Assembly (NCBI GenBank): GCA_973851085.1 | Contig: OZ316775.1 | Location: forward strand, 5,766,001 to 5,830,000 | Length of the DNA: 64,000 nt | Direction: 5' to 3' | From: Ptychomitrium polyphyllum | Taxonomy: Eukaryota | In this document: piece after piece, positions 1 through 12,600 of the stretch | How positions within the stretch are numbered: the stretch's first letter is position 1 | How the letters are laid out: the number at the start of each line of letters is the position of its first letter | Made by a program: the position numbers and the translations under genes | Notes under the pieces: generated by a model | What the model was told of the DNA's origin: nothing | What the model saw: the letters and a program-made list of their open reading frames with translations, nothing else | Databases searched by the model: none

Positions 1-140
1 GCATTATCCGTGCTGCATGAGAATGTACATACAATGAAAGATATATCATAATCAAGCGTGCATAGTCAAGGGATACTCTCAAAAATCTTTACATAAAATG
101 TCAAAAATGTGACTCTATTGTCTCGACGCACATCGTCAGA

Positions 141-3016
141 CTACTCGGGACCTGCAGCTAATTTACATATTATGTTCTTGAGAATGGATGTAGGCAAGTG
201 AAACCGAAAACTGAGCTTACCCTGCTTTTCCTGAAAACGAAGCTCGTGGAGCTCTTGTAAAACTGCACAGCAGCAACAACAGGCATGTGTCCAGTAATCA
301 CCACAACATTCACCCTGCACGAGTTCGTTTCGTAAGTACTTGAACGATGACAGACATTGAATTTGGAAACAGAATTGCAGATGCAGGATTGACTCCATGG
401 TTGAGCAATTAAATTTTCTCAACGTTATATCCCAGATGGTGATATTTACTCCATCTGTGAGGCGTTTTCACATACCGGTATGTTGAACCTTTGGCGGACC
501 TTGCGTCGTATGCAACAAGTATAGCAATAGCACCCACCATAGAGAGTATGAAACGCCAATTGATTGCACGCAGAATTTTGAGCTGCACGAGTTCACGAAT
601 TAATTTTCCTGTCTACCCACAGTGCTGGAAATAAAGGCTAACATAACAGTGCCTCAACATGGAGGAACATGCTTAAATATGCTCTTAAAACAACAGACAA
701 ACCATAAGACTCGTTCCAGTCAAACGAACACTCAAAAGGTGACAATACACCATCCAGTTCTACAAAACTCATTCCTCCAAATAAAGTATCAAAGAGCGAC
801 TCACAAGTTTGGCCCTCTGTGACTGTGTCTGCAACAAGAGTAAACGTCTCGCAAGGGTAGCAGAAAGTTTCAATACCTGTTCCATACAACCATCAAAAGC
901 ACATTGAATATTAGCAAAGAGAAAATTTTAAAAGGTACATTTCAAAGTTTGAAATCTACTCTATGAGAAACAGCTTAAGCCTTATACTTACATAAGCAGG
1001 GGTCAGAGCAACACTCGAAGAGGTCGTGATGCCAGTCTTCGATCTGGTAGACGTTGCTGCGGACACTACGGACGCTATGGCTGGGTGACGATGGATATGA
1101 AGAATCTTTTCTCGCTGCTCCATCGTACGTAAGCTTCTGGTGAGGAGGGTACCCTTGCCTGCAAGAAAAATCCCCTTGAGTGCATAAATAGTCTGAAATC
1201 TCAATTCCAGGGCAGTACTCTTAGAGAACAAATATGTGCACCGGTTGATCCTTTGTCTGCAAGGTGGATGCCAAGATGGTTTAAGATCATCACGTACAAA
1301 GAAGGCTTTGGATATTTGACATGGCGCTTTGATGACTCCTTCACCGCTCCAGTCGCCTTGTGATGCTTCTGCGGTCTTTCTTCCTCTTCCTCGTCTTCCT
1401 CACATATTTGAGACATGGCTTCCTCCAGGATCACCGGATCAGCTACAGCAGCTTCTGTGAAGTCGATGAGGTGCTCTATAACCTCGCATTCCTCTGCTTC
1501 CATGCATGCCTGCACATTGGCGCACTCATGTTATATACATAATCCCAAATTAATGCCAGCAAATATAGAATAAATTGCTGAGGCATTCCGCAGATTGAAG
1601 ATGAACATTCTAATGAACCTTGCTTCTATAAACCTGTCAGAATTTCTTCACCATAGTAATCTGGAAAACACCTGCACTGGATAATTTGGTGGTTTCCTCC
1701 GACTTTCAAGCTCATTGAGATACCGACGGAGATCAGATCCTTTGTGTCGAAAGTTCTTGTACATTCTCAAGATAAGCAATTGTGTTCAGAGCACATAAAG
1801 AAGGATAATCTACGCTCAGATAGCAGATGAAATGTGCCAAAACTTTGGGGCTAATTAACGAGTGACTAACCCTCATATGATCCAGCTCTTTCCGCAGCTT
1901 GATATTTTCTTCCCGCAAGGCAAGGTCCAATGGCATACCAGGGTAGCGCCGTGACAACTGCCTGGATAAACGGAGTGAGTCTCTCTTCGTGCGCTCGGGC
2001 TTCAACAATGTCTTCTGTATCTTCACTTCTGATTCATCCATTGAATACAGACGTTTATCCTTTTTAATTGCGCGGAGACGCTCCTGCAGAATCATACATC
2101 ACCGGTGAGTATGGGAGAGTAAATTTGATTAAATCGTTTATTAACACGTAAAGCAACTCTAGTTGTATCAAATCACTAAACTCGAAAACAATACAGAACG
2201 CTGCAAGAGGACAAGCTGCACAAAAATATGCATAAAAAGAAAGTGCTTCACGAATTGGCACCGTTATCAACAAACATTCAATATTGGTGCACTTACATCA
2301 ACGATATATGAAGGTTAGGTACAGAAATCTTCTAATTTTTGACGATTCAAACGGGTACCGAGTAACATCGTGAACAGAAGCACGCTTCAGATCGACCAAA
2401 ACAGACAGTCCTTCAAAACTGCAACCATATGATACTTCAAAAGTGACCACATGTGGTTCTGGATGCCTGTCAACACTTTCACTTTACAGCACCACAAATC
2501 TCTCGGTTAACTAAAATTGGACCATGTGCGAACTGTGAAAGAGTTAATCGTGACGATTGTGAGGAGAGATTCCTGGAAATGGTGGAATGCCCATACCCGA
2601 GTGTTGTCGACGAGGGAAATAAGAGGAATGAGCCGGAGGTATCTGTCAATTTCGTCTTGGTAATCACGGAACTTGGTGACATACGCCCACCCCATGGCCA
2701 CAAGGTACAAGTAGCTCTTGTCCCGGCAGCTCTCCACCAGAACTACCGCCTTCCGCAGCGCATGCTCCAGATGCTCCAGGGGCTCCCGGCACTCAGGGCG
2801 CTCCTTGAGATCCGTCAGGTTGAGCTGCTCCAGCAAGTTGCTGATCAGTTTCAAATGTTGGGCGAAATTCTTGCAGTTCTTCTTGTGCATGCGGGCGTTG
2901 TTGGCCGCTTTCACAATCATGGCTATCAGCTGCACTGCGTTGATGCCCACCAATTGGCCCACGGTGGCCACATCGCCCACCGCCATCCAAGGCATCCAAT
3001 TGAAAAAGGCCGCCAT
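141..3016 (-). CDS. MCA1: MCA1/CNR13-like mechanosensitive Ca2+-permeable channel (MCAfunc N-terminal domain + PLAC8 domain), 8 exons, 431 aa
   Basis: Exons 3016-2597, 2083-1871, 1509-1298, 1158-992, 876-805, 582-476, 314-221, 151-141, all GT-AG and phase-consistent, totalling 1296 nt. N-terminus GDVATVGQLVGINAVQLIAMIVKAANNARMHKKNCKNFAQHLKLI and C-terminal WHHDLFECCSDP...CYTCCIRRKVRQRFNIPG..GDYWTHACCCCCAVLQE match plant MCA proteins. The paralogue number is uncertain. Confidence 0.93.
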
Positions 3017-4140
3017 TGCGACACTCCGGCTCCGCCCTCACTCCTCGGCAGGGCGTCGTCTCCGCTACTTCAACAACCAACTGCTCTACTTTGTGCCAAA
3101 ACGTTCATCATTGCTGATGCAAACCTCCCGCACCGCCCACCTTATCATGTCCCTGGTTAAAATATTCTCTGCAAAGTTTCCGAAGCAACTCCTCCCTTCT
3201 CCTTCTCGCAAAGAGATGCTTGCGTCAAGCAGAAGCTTGCCTTCCAGTTCGCATCACAAGTTGGTCAACCCCGCACCAGTTCATGGCTTCCTTCTCTCCT
3301 GCAGCACAACGAACGTGGTAGCAAATTCTTCAATAGTTAAAAGGTAGAAACAAGAAATTACAATAAAGTTTTGGCAACATGGATTACTCTTCAAACAATG
3401 ATCTTTCCCTTCTCCTTGTCTCGATCTCCCTCTCTTACACTGACTTGGACATGAAAGCCTGGCGGACAAAATCATTCTTCGCTGTTCAGCTTTCTCAGTC
3501 CAAGATAGTGAGGGAAGAGCTTAACTGTTATACCTGCTAGTGCTTATTGCAGTCCCACTAAAGTGATGAATGTGTCAAGAGAATGTTAACGAAGATTTCA
3601 TCAATCTGTTGCACAACGCACATACTGTCAAACAAAAGCAAACTGCCTTAAATGCCATTCATACTTCACTCAAGTTAGTACTCCTCATGTCAACGACAAA
3701 CCCAGAAACACAAAACTGAAAGCGAGATTCGCACACCCTTTGTATCAAGTACCCCCACACAGTTACAAACGCGTTCACCAAGACGCCATGGCCATAGCCT
3801 CCACAACAACCCTTTTCCAATCAGCTGCAAACTCAAGCTTAGCCAGGATAGGCTAAAACAGAAAAACCGACTTTGTAAGTTACTCCATCTCTCATCAGAT
3901 TCTCTTGAAAGAAAATCCTTACCTTGCTACAACGATTCACATACATGCCCCACCATCTCCATGCAAACTAGCTCAACTAGTCTGCATCACCACCAGTACA
4001 ATCACACAACGTAACCCTTTCAATTACTACTGAAATCTGACACAAATTCAAACTGAGAGCATAATTTTCCACCCAAGATGACAGCTTTGTTGCCCCTAAG
4101 CTGGTGTGCACATCAGGAGCGGTGCGGTGGTGGCAAACTG
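3017..4140 (-). other. Probable long, intron-containing 5' leader of the MCA gene
   Basis: Minus-strand splice-like sites (acceptor CCAG ~3153, donors CAG|GTATAA ~3532 and AAG|GTAAGG ~3922, acceptor CTGCAG ~4138) and no conserved coding frame. Confidence 0.35.
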
Positions 4141-7138
4141 CAGGTAATAATGAAGAGAGGCAAGTGCATGGGGCGGAGGAATCATTGAGAAGCGGACCAG
4201 GACAGCAATGATTTGAAGAGCTTCGTCAGGTAAAGGAGGAACTTGACTGGAAGTGGCTTGTAATATTCCAGCTTCACAGCCAGGCTGCAGCTGGTGCTAC
4301 TCACTCACAAGTTACTGAGATAGTGCTGAAAAACGAACAGAGATTTAATCAATCTGCTTTGAACAGTTTGAGTCCTAATTCTAAAGTGCTCATCAAACTG
4401 GTTTACATGAAGCTTCGTGGACTTTTTGGTGTGTAGAGTTTTTTTTCATTTAGACACAAGTGGTGAGCTTTCAATTACTGCGGTCGGAAAACGAGCATGG
4501 GCCCTCCTTGGCTGAGTGCCGGGTTTTAGGGAATTGAATTCTGATTCCTCTCGTCTGAAACTGACAATAAAGATGCTGGGTGGTGGTAATTTGTGACCAT
4601 TTTTGGCACGGTCGGAGGATGATCCACCTGGTTTGGCACCTCATTTGCGATTAGTTGTTCATTTGTTTGTCATGATAGAGGTTTCATTTCGTCTCTAGTG
4701 ATAAAACATTTGTTATAGCGCATGACAATTTTTTATTCCAGTTTGAAGGTTTCAGGAGAAGCTGGATAAATTAGACCTCAGACTACAAGGATGTGATATA
4801 GGTCTCTGATTCAGTTCACACTGATTTTCACTTAATAGCAACAAGCCTGTTTTGATACTCAAGCACCATGGATGTTATCATCTGAAATAGTGTGATTTTT
4901 ACATCTTTCTACATACAATAATAATAATGAAATTAAACCACTGAATCAAGTGGAGGTCTTTACTGTGGTAATGAGTGACTTATATATTTTCTTGGACTAT
5001 GGCCCATACTACAACCTTCACTTTGTACCACAAACTTTGGTTGCCTTACCATGAGGGAGAAGTCCTGCATGATGCTCGCCTTTCTAGAATCCAGACTGCT
5101 GTCAGTCAAATTTCACATTTTCAATTCCTATGGATTCTTTTTCATCTGTGTCTTACAGTGAAGTTCCATCAAACTATGCTCCACATCTGCTCTCACAAGC
5201 ATGCTAAGTATAAAAAAGAATGTGTAAACCAGTCCCCTCCAATCGAGATAAACAGCTCTTGCTATATATTATATAGAAGGGGAATAATTATGTAGTGGGA
5301 GAATGGCAGGTCACTTTGCACCAGTGAAAACATTTTGAGCAAAACCTTGATTAGCGAGTTTTCTGGCCCATAGTTTATATATTAGCATGTCAGGCTAAAT
5401 TCTAGTTTCTCAAATGAAATTTGGAGGATATCAGAATGATACTGTGACACTATGATCATACCTGAGTTTCTAAGGCCATAAATCCTAATGGAAAAACATA
5501 TGGCTTAAATACTAATTCTTTTAAGAATTTCCTAAAGGCTATTTGTCAACCCATCTTTGGTATTGGAAAAGAGGTAAAATTATCACACATTATTGCACAT
5601 GATTTGTTTGAACATTTAATTCAAATTTTAATGCAAATTAGAAATACAATAAAACAATCCATTGTTATCAAAGATTCATGGCTACTAGCAATTAGAAGCA
5701 TAGAAATCACTACAAATAGTTTCATTAATCACCAAGTCTTTGTCACTTGTAGCTTACATTTGGTGAGTGGTAGCATTGAAATTGGATGCCAATTACATCA
5801 TAGTTTTATAAAAATAAGTATACTAATTAACAAAGGAAAACACATGATAGACTTAGGTTTAATGCATGGTTGTTGTTGATTGGAATTTTGGATGATTGTA
5901 CATTCATTAAGTGGTGATTTTTAAGTATTATTTTTGTGATTAATGCTATTTTGTTAAACTAATCATATTACTAGTTTTTTGGTTTTTTTGACTTCTACAA
6001 AAATAGATTTTTAAAGATTCATAATCAAATCAAAATTTCTCCAAAACAATATAGGTTTTCAATTGTATTAGACTTCAAATCTTATTTTCTATTCATTGAT
6101 AATAGTTGAAAAATTATAGATGTTTTTTAAAAAAACATTTCTTATTATTATATATGAATGAATTATTCTATCTTGAGTGTAACTTGTTCATTGACTTGCA
6201 TATAGTGACTTGTAAAAAAAAATGAAATTTTACGTTACAAACAACCAAAGGTTGAAATATTATTTATTTATTAATTTGGACATAGAAAAAAATTAAAATA
6301 TTTCAATTATACAAAATCTTTCATAATTCAAAATTTTGATAGAAAGTAGAGATTGTATTAAAAAAGAACATGTTGTTTTAAATTAAGGTATTGCTTTGTG
6401 ATATTGTAACAACATATAATTCTAAGTTTAAAACATTTAGGTCAAATTTTCATTTCATCATATAATCAATCAATTAAAAAAAATTATTTTAAAGAATTTA
6501 ATTAAAAATGAAATATATAAAATATGATCTAAATTTGAATTTAGTTTGCAAGAAATTTTAAATCTTGAATACTAAATTCTAAACATAATTGGCAAATTAT
6601 AAGAATAAATTAGAGTAGTATGTTTAGAAATGGTAAAACAATCTTTGACAAATGCAATGAATTTAGAAAAAATCACTTTATCATTAATAATGAATACACA
6701 ATTAAACAATCAAGCAATTGTAAAATAATTTTTATAAAATTCTTATTCAAAAGCAAAAAATTCTACAACCATGGTTGATTTGTATATTATTATATTAATA
6801 TTATGTAATCAAAGATTTTAACTTTAGGTTTTGTTTTGTAAACAAAAACATATGTATTTACAAATAGTCATGTAATAACTAATGTGGATGAAGTATCTAA
6901 AAACTCAATGATATATTGGTATTTTCTTTACTTGCATATGTATGCTTTAGAATTACAATTCATTTAGTTTATTGCCAATACTTGTAATTGCAGCCTTTAA
7001 TAATCTCTATTTATTGTTTATTAAAGTATGTAATCAAAATATACTTTTTGAACTTATTCATCTAATTAGATGCAAGAAAATTAATCTATTAATATATAAA
7101 TGAACAAAAAGTGATGTCAAATATAATCATATAATGGA

Positions 7139-7190
7139 TGTTAGGAATACAAGAGATAAGAAGCAAAAATAAAATGTATCCCAAGAATCA
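7139..7190 (-). mobile_element. Short 3'-end fragment of the chromovirus LTR
   Basis: tgttaggaatacaagagataagaagcaaaaataaaatgtatcccaagaat resembles the reverse complement of the LTR U5 end at 37962. Confidence 0.55.
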
Positions 7191-7249
7191 ATATACCACA
7201 TCAAATGAATATGGTATAATTGATTTAAAAAAGGATTTGATCTATTTAG

Positions 7250-7430
7250 TACAAATTAAGGTTTGGAAGAATTATTAAGTGGAGAAACTCCCTTGGCTTG
7301 GTATTCTTTGCTAAGTCAAGCTTTGTGAGTGTTTTTGAGAGAACTTGTGTTTTAGTTTCATTTGAAGATGGTGGTTTAATCATTTAGTAAAGCTTTAGGA
7401 TTTTTTCTACCTCTTGCATTCTTAGATTCT
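7250..7430. repeat. Dispersed degenerate repeat; second copy at ~61430-61610 in the same orientation
   Basis: Shared blocks ccctt(g/t)gcttggta, agtcaag and ggtttaatcatttagtaaa occur in the same order. Family not identified. Confidence 0.6.
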
Positions 7431-8849
7431 TTTTTTTGAGGTGAAAGCTGTTTGTTTTTGTGATGTAGTGATTTCTTCTTTATTCCTTTGGCAAAAAATT
7501 GTTGCTTGCAACTTTTAAATTGCAAAACAACTTATCTTTTTTTTTTCACTTCTACTCTAAAGTTATACAATTTAAAATTTAAAGATTTTCTAAAAATTTC
7601 AATTTAACCAAAATTTGTTGTGTGAGAGGACGGAAGCCTCAAATTTTGAAAGAGATCCCTCAAAATTTAAGATGTCACCTTGCACAAGCACCCTACACTT
7701 TGCGGAAGCTTGCAAGCAGCCGCAGCCTCCTAGGCAACTGACGATTGTCTCAGCAAAGACAAGCGCCTGCTGTTTGCTTGAATTTTGATCGGCGTCTGTT
7801 GGTCAATTGTCCACGTTTTTTTGGCAACCAATAATCATTTGAAGGAATAAGGTTTCCTCTGTTGGTAGAACCTTGCACCTTTAGAGAGGGATTTTTGTTT
7901 GTAGTCAAGGTATCATTTTGGAATTCCTATGGAATTTGCCCTTTATATCTTTTTATATTTTTTAAGTTTGTTTTAGGTCCAATTTTCCTTCCTATTTTAT
8001 TCACTTTGAATATTTATATCTCTAGAGGGTTAGTTGAAGCATAATGGAGGGATTTTTGAATTGTAATAGTATTTGTGGAAATTGTTAAGGTGTTGAGAGA
8101 TTCTTTGTAGCATTTTAATTTTGTTTCCTTTTTGTTTTGGGTCATAGGACTTTGACACTTGTGGTCGTCTTCCGCAAGCAAGTGCCGATAGCTCTGGTTC
8201 ACTTTTGAATTTTGCAATTTGTTATTTGAGAAGAAGATCTAATTTTTGGATTTTTGGATTTTATTCTTAGTACATATCTTTGTTGCGGGCATTATTACCA
8301 AAGGATTCTAGTGTTGTCTCATTTTGTATAGTACGTAATTTGTATTTATAGGCATACCATAAGAATGAGGTCAGATTAATGGTTGGCAAATTTTTTTTAG
8401 TTGCACCAAGTAGACGTTGCTTGTTTAAATTGTAGTGCTTGAAAGGTGATGATCCGTGAACTACAAGTTTGGTGGTGATGGCAAGTTTAGGTGCAAGTTG
8501 CCCTTCAGCCTTTAAATACTTGCAAATATCCAAGTAGTTTCTTGTATGGTGCAAATAATAAGTAGATATTATCAATCTCCTTCATTAGACTACTTGGAAC
8601 TAGAGGTGGATACCAACAAGGCTTTTCAACTTGTTTTGGCATTGGTTACCACAAGGGGGCTTTAGATCTCAAGTGTGGGCACATTTGACAAGATGGAAGA
8701 CAATCCCTTGCAGGATGGTTAGAGATTGGTTCTTAAGATAGGTTGAAGCATCTCCTTAGCTAGTTAAAAATTAAGATTTTGGACCTAGATGAAAGAGAAG
8801 CTTCAACAGTCCTCCAATTTCAATGATTAGTATGTATATGAGCTGCTAC

Positions 8850-9080
8850 GACAACATTTGGAGTATGAAGTTCTTCAGACTTATGAGAAATGGAGTGAAA
8901 GGCATGCATCTCAATTGCACAAGGTAGAATGCTATTGAAAGTCCCATGTAGAAATCATCTCTGTTCTCAAAAAGGGTGCAATTTCTAGTTTTACTCTTAC
9001 AACGGTTGAAGATACCAAAAAAAAGGTTTTAATGGTGGAATCCTTTGTCGGTGATGTGGCCCATCTACCTTATCACGCAT
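8850..9080. repeat. Dispersed degenerate repeat; second copy at ~54750-54990
   Basis: Shared caattgcacaagg...ctattga...tgtagaa...ttgaagata...taccttatca blocks. Probably a decayed TE, family not identified. Confidence 0.5.
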
Positions 9081-9092
9081 GTCGCAAGCTAT

Positions 9093-9601
9093 TGTCACGG
9101 ACATAAGTCATGCAACATAGTCCTTAAAACATTCTACAACCTTCTAGTATACTATAATAGCTTCTTAGAATACTTTTAGATGTCTCCATAGTCTTTGGAT
9201 GTTCTTAGGAAACTTCCAAAGAAGGTTCCATCATCTTAGGAAACTTCCTAAGATAGTTTCAATACCTTAGGAAACTTCCAAGGAAGATTCCAATTCCTTC
9301 AAAGCCTCTTAGGAAGGTTCCAACATCTTAGGAAACTTCTTGGAAAGTTTCCGTAGGCTACCAGAACATTCTAAAGCTTTGTAGGAAGCTTCTTCAGAAG
9401 TATCCAAGGAGATACCAACGTAAGAGTACGAATAGGAGGCAAGACAAGGTATTCCTTAGTCTTGCCAATACAAGTTGTGGATCATCTTGAATCCTGCCTT
9501 CTTCTAGTCTTTGTATCAAGTTCTTGTTAATCATTAGCTCTTTGGAAGCTAATTCTTGGAAAACACCCCCTTTTTACTACTTGTTTTTTGTATCACTAAC
9601 A
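9093..9601 (+). mobile_element. Gypsy/chromovirus LTR without a matching TSD
   Basis: TGTCACGG...TAACA termini; homologous to the other LTRs; flanks GCTAT and ATTCG differ. Confidence 0.9.
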
Positions 9602-9621
9602 ATTCGAGGCATGGTCAAAGT

Positions 9622-12600
9622 TGTTAGAGACACAAGAAACAAGAAGCACAAACAAAGTGTTTCTCAAGAATTAGCTTCCAAAGAGCTAATGATTAACAAG
9701 AACTTGATACAAAGACTAGAACAAGGCAGGATTCAAGATGATCCACAACTTGTGTTGGCAAGACCAAGGAATACCTTGTCTTGCCTCCTATTCGTACTCT
9801 AACGTTGGTATCTCCTTGGATACTTCTGAAGAAGCTTCCTACAAAGCTTTAGAATGTTCTGGTAGCCTACGGAAACTTTCCAAGAAGTTTCCTAAGATGT
9901 TGGAACCTTTCTAAGAGGCTTCGAAGGAATTGGAATCTTCCTTGGAAGTTTCTTAAGGTAGAGGAAGCTTTTTAGGAAGTTTCCTAAGATGCTGGAACCT
10001 TCCTAGGAAGTTTCCTAAGAAGTTACCTAAGATCATAGAACCTTCCTAGGAAGTTTTCTAAGAAGTTACCTAAGATCATAGAACCTTCCTAGGAAGTTTT
10101 CTAAGGTGCAGGAACTTTCCTAAGAAGCTTCCTAAGGACATGGAAAGACCATGGAAACATCTAAAAGTATTCTAAAAAGCTATTATAGTATACTACAAGG
10201 TTCTAGAATGTTCTAAGGACTATGTTGCATGATCTATGTCCGTAACATCACCTTCCCATTTAGGGACAAGTTCCATGAGGAGCTCTTTTCTTGGCTTGCT
10301 TATCACATTTCTACAAATTCCAACATTTGTTCAAGGAGTGAAGCAACATGCTCTGCTCGTTGTTCTTTGTTCACTCGTTCAACTGGTCCTTGCAAATAGC
10401 GCCGATGGCCACCAGCCAAGACTTCTATTGTTGAAATGTCCCATCCCAAGATTTGATCTTGATTAAGTCCTTCAAAACAACCTCCAAACAAGATTTCGGG
10501 TCTTCCAGGAGTGACTCTTCTACTTTCTAACAAGATGACTAGAGCGCGAGCATCTGAATCAAGACTGGAATGTGAAGGGCGACTAGTCAATACTTCTGCA
10601 CGAGGTCGTACTCGACGTTGGGATGTCCCTCTCATATCTTGACTTAGATCCTCCGTTACCGAGGGCTGAAAAAGTTGAGTTGGTTCAACAGATGTTGTTG
10701 TTGATGAAGGCATGGCCAACTGCTCTTCACGCATATCCATGATAACACGAAGATTTGATATATTGGCTAGGATCTGGAAATGATCTATCTTGGAGTTAAT
10801 GCTGCATACAATTGGAGGTTTGGGTATCTCTCCTCCCTTCTTATACTTGTCTATGACGGAAAAACTTCTCTGTGAAGCTAATGGCTGCTGATCACACATC
10901 ATCACTGACCTGGTTTCTGAGGATATCTTTGATGAAATTTGCGTACCTTCTTGGATGCATTTGTTACATTTGTTGAAGGTTCCCATGTTCGGTCATTGAT
11001 GCCATATTCTTGCCAATGTATAAGGTACTCTATACGTCCGTTTTTGATGCGTGAATCTAAGATCTCTTCCACTTCATATTCAATTTCATTATTGATTTCC
11101 AGCAGAAGAGGTGGAGGGACAATTCTCTCTGGTATACATGATTTGTTATAGGTTTCCAACAACGATACGTGGAATATTGGATGAATTTAAATGCTTGGTA
11201 GTAGTTTTAGGCGATAATTAATCGGATTTATCTGTTTGCTGATTTCAAACAGTCCCAGCCTTTGATAGTCCAACTTCTTTGATGGTCTTTTTGTCTGTAT
11301 ATTTTGTCGTAGGAGCCATACGCTATCTCCAACCTTGAACTTTGGATGGTCCTTTCGATGGCGACCTGCATAAGTTTTGTAACGATCTTGAGCTTGTTGT
11401 AACTGGAATGTAATTTCTTGATGGATTTTAGCAAGTTGAATTGCAAAATCCTCTGCTGCAGGACTTCCAACATGCTTCACTTGAAATGGATCTGCTCAAG
11501 GATGATGGCCATAGTTTGCAAAGAATGGACTTTGAGTTGTTGAAGAATGCATCGTATTGTTATAAGAAAATTCTGCCAAAGGCAAGAGATCCATCCAGTT
11601 GTCTTACTGGTAGTTTATGCTACAACGAAGGTACTGTTCCAAAATTTGATTCACACGTTCGGTTTGGCCATCAGTTTGCGGATGGTGTGCTGAAGAAAGA
11701 TTGATCTTTACACGCAATAGCTGGAATAGAGTCCTCCAAAAGTTGGAAATGAATTGTGGCCCTCGATCGGATACAATATCATCTGGTAGTCCATATATGC
11801 GGTAGACATGATTTAGGAACAACTTGGCAGTTTCTTCTCCCGTTACCGTCTTGTTGCATGGAATGAAATGTGCCATTTTGGTAAATCGATCCACCACTAC
11901 CAAAATAGAATCCTTAAAATCGGAGTTTAGAAGGTCCGTAATAAAATCCATTGATAAAGACAACCATGGGCCCTTTGGCACTGGAAGCGGATGGAGGAGA
12001 CCATGAGGTTGGTGCCTTGGTACCTTGGCTCTTGCACAAGTGTCGCATGATCGAACAAAGTTCTTCATGTACTTCCACATTTGTGGCCACCAATAGTCTC
12101 TAGCAATCAACTCCATTGTTTTATTGAATCCAGAATGTCCTGCTGCTGGAAAATCATGACGTGCTTGAAGGATCTTCAACCGCAAAGGGCCTGGAGGTAG
12201 GTACAAAAGTCTTTTATAATAAAGTAGGCCCTCTTGGAATTCAAAATCCTCATCGCTATTTGAAGGACCTCCATTGTCTTTGAGGCGCTTCTTTATATTT
12301 GAAACAAAGACGTCATTCTTTAAAGCCTTCCGAATTTTGTCAAAATGGGATGTTGTCGTAATAATTGTTGCTTTCAATTGAAGATTCTCAAGCTTCAATA
12401 GAATAATCCTTTGTTGATTCAAAACATCATCTCCAAGTTGAGGAGCTAAATAAGATCTTCCAGATAAGGCATCTAGCTTACCTTGCAAGCTACTAGATTG
12501 ATAGGTAATGACAAAGTCAAATCTAGAAAGCGACATACTCCACCTTGCTTGACGGCAATTCAAAACGCGCGCACTCATGAAATACTCCAAGTTCTTGTGG

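Noticed and set aside
2453..3347. Long + strand ORFs (235 aa and 209 aa) and nested alternative-frame ORFs
   Set aside because: Antisense or alternative-frame shadows of the GC-rich first MCA coding exon; no recognisable protein features.
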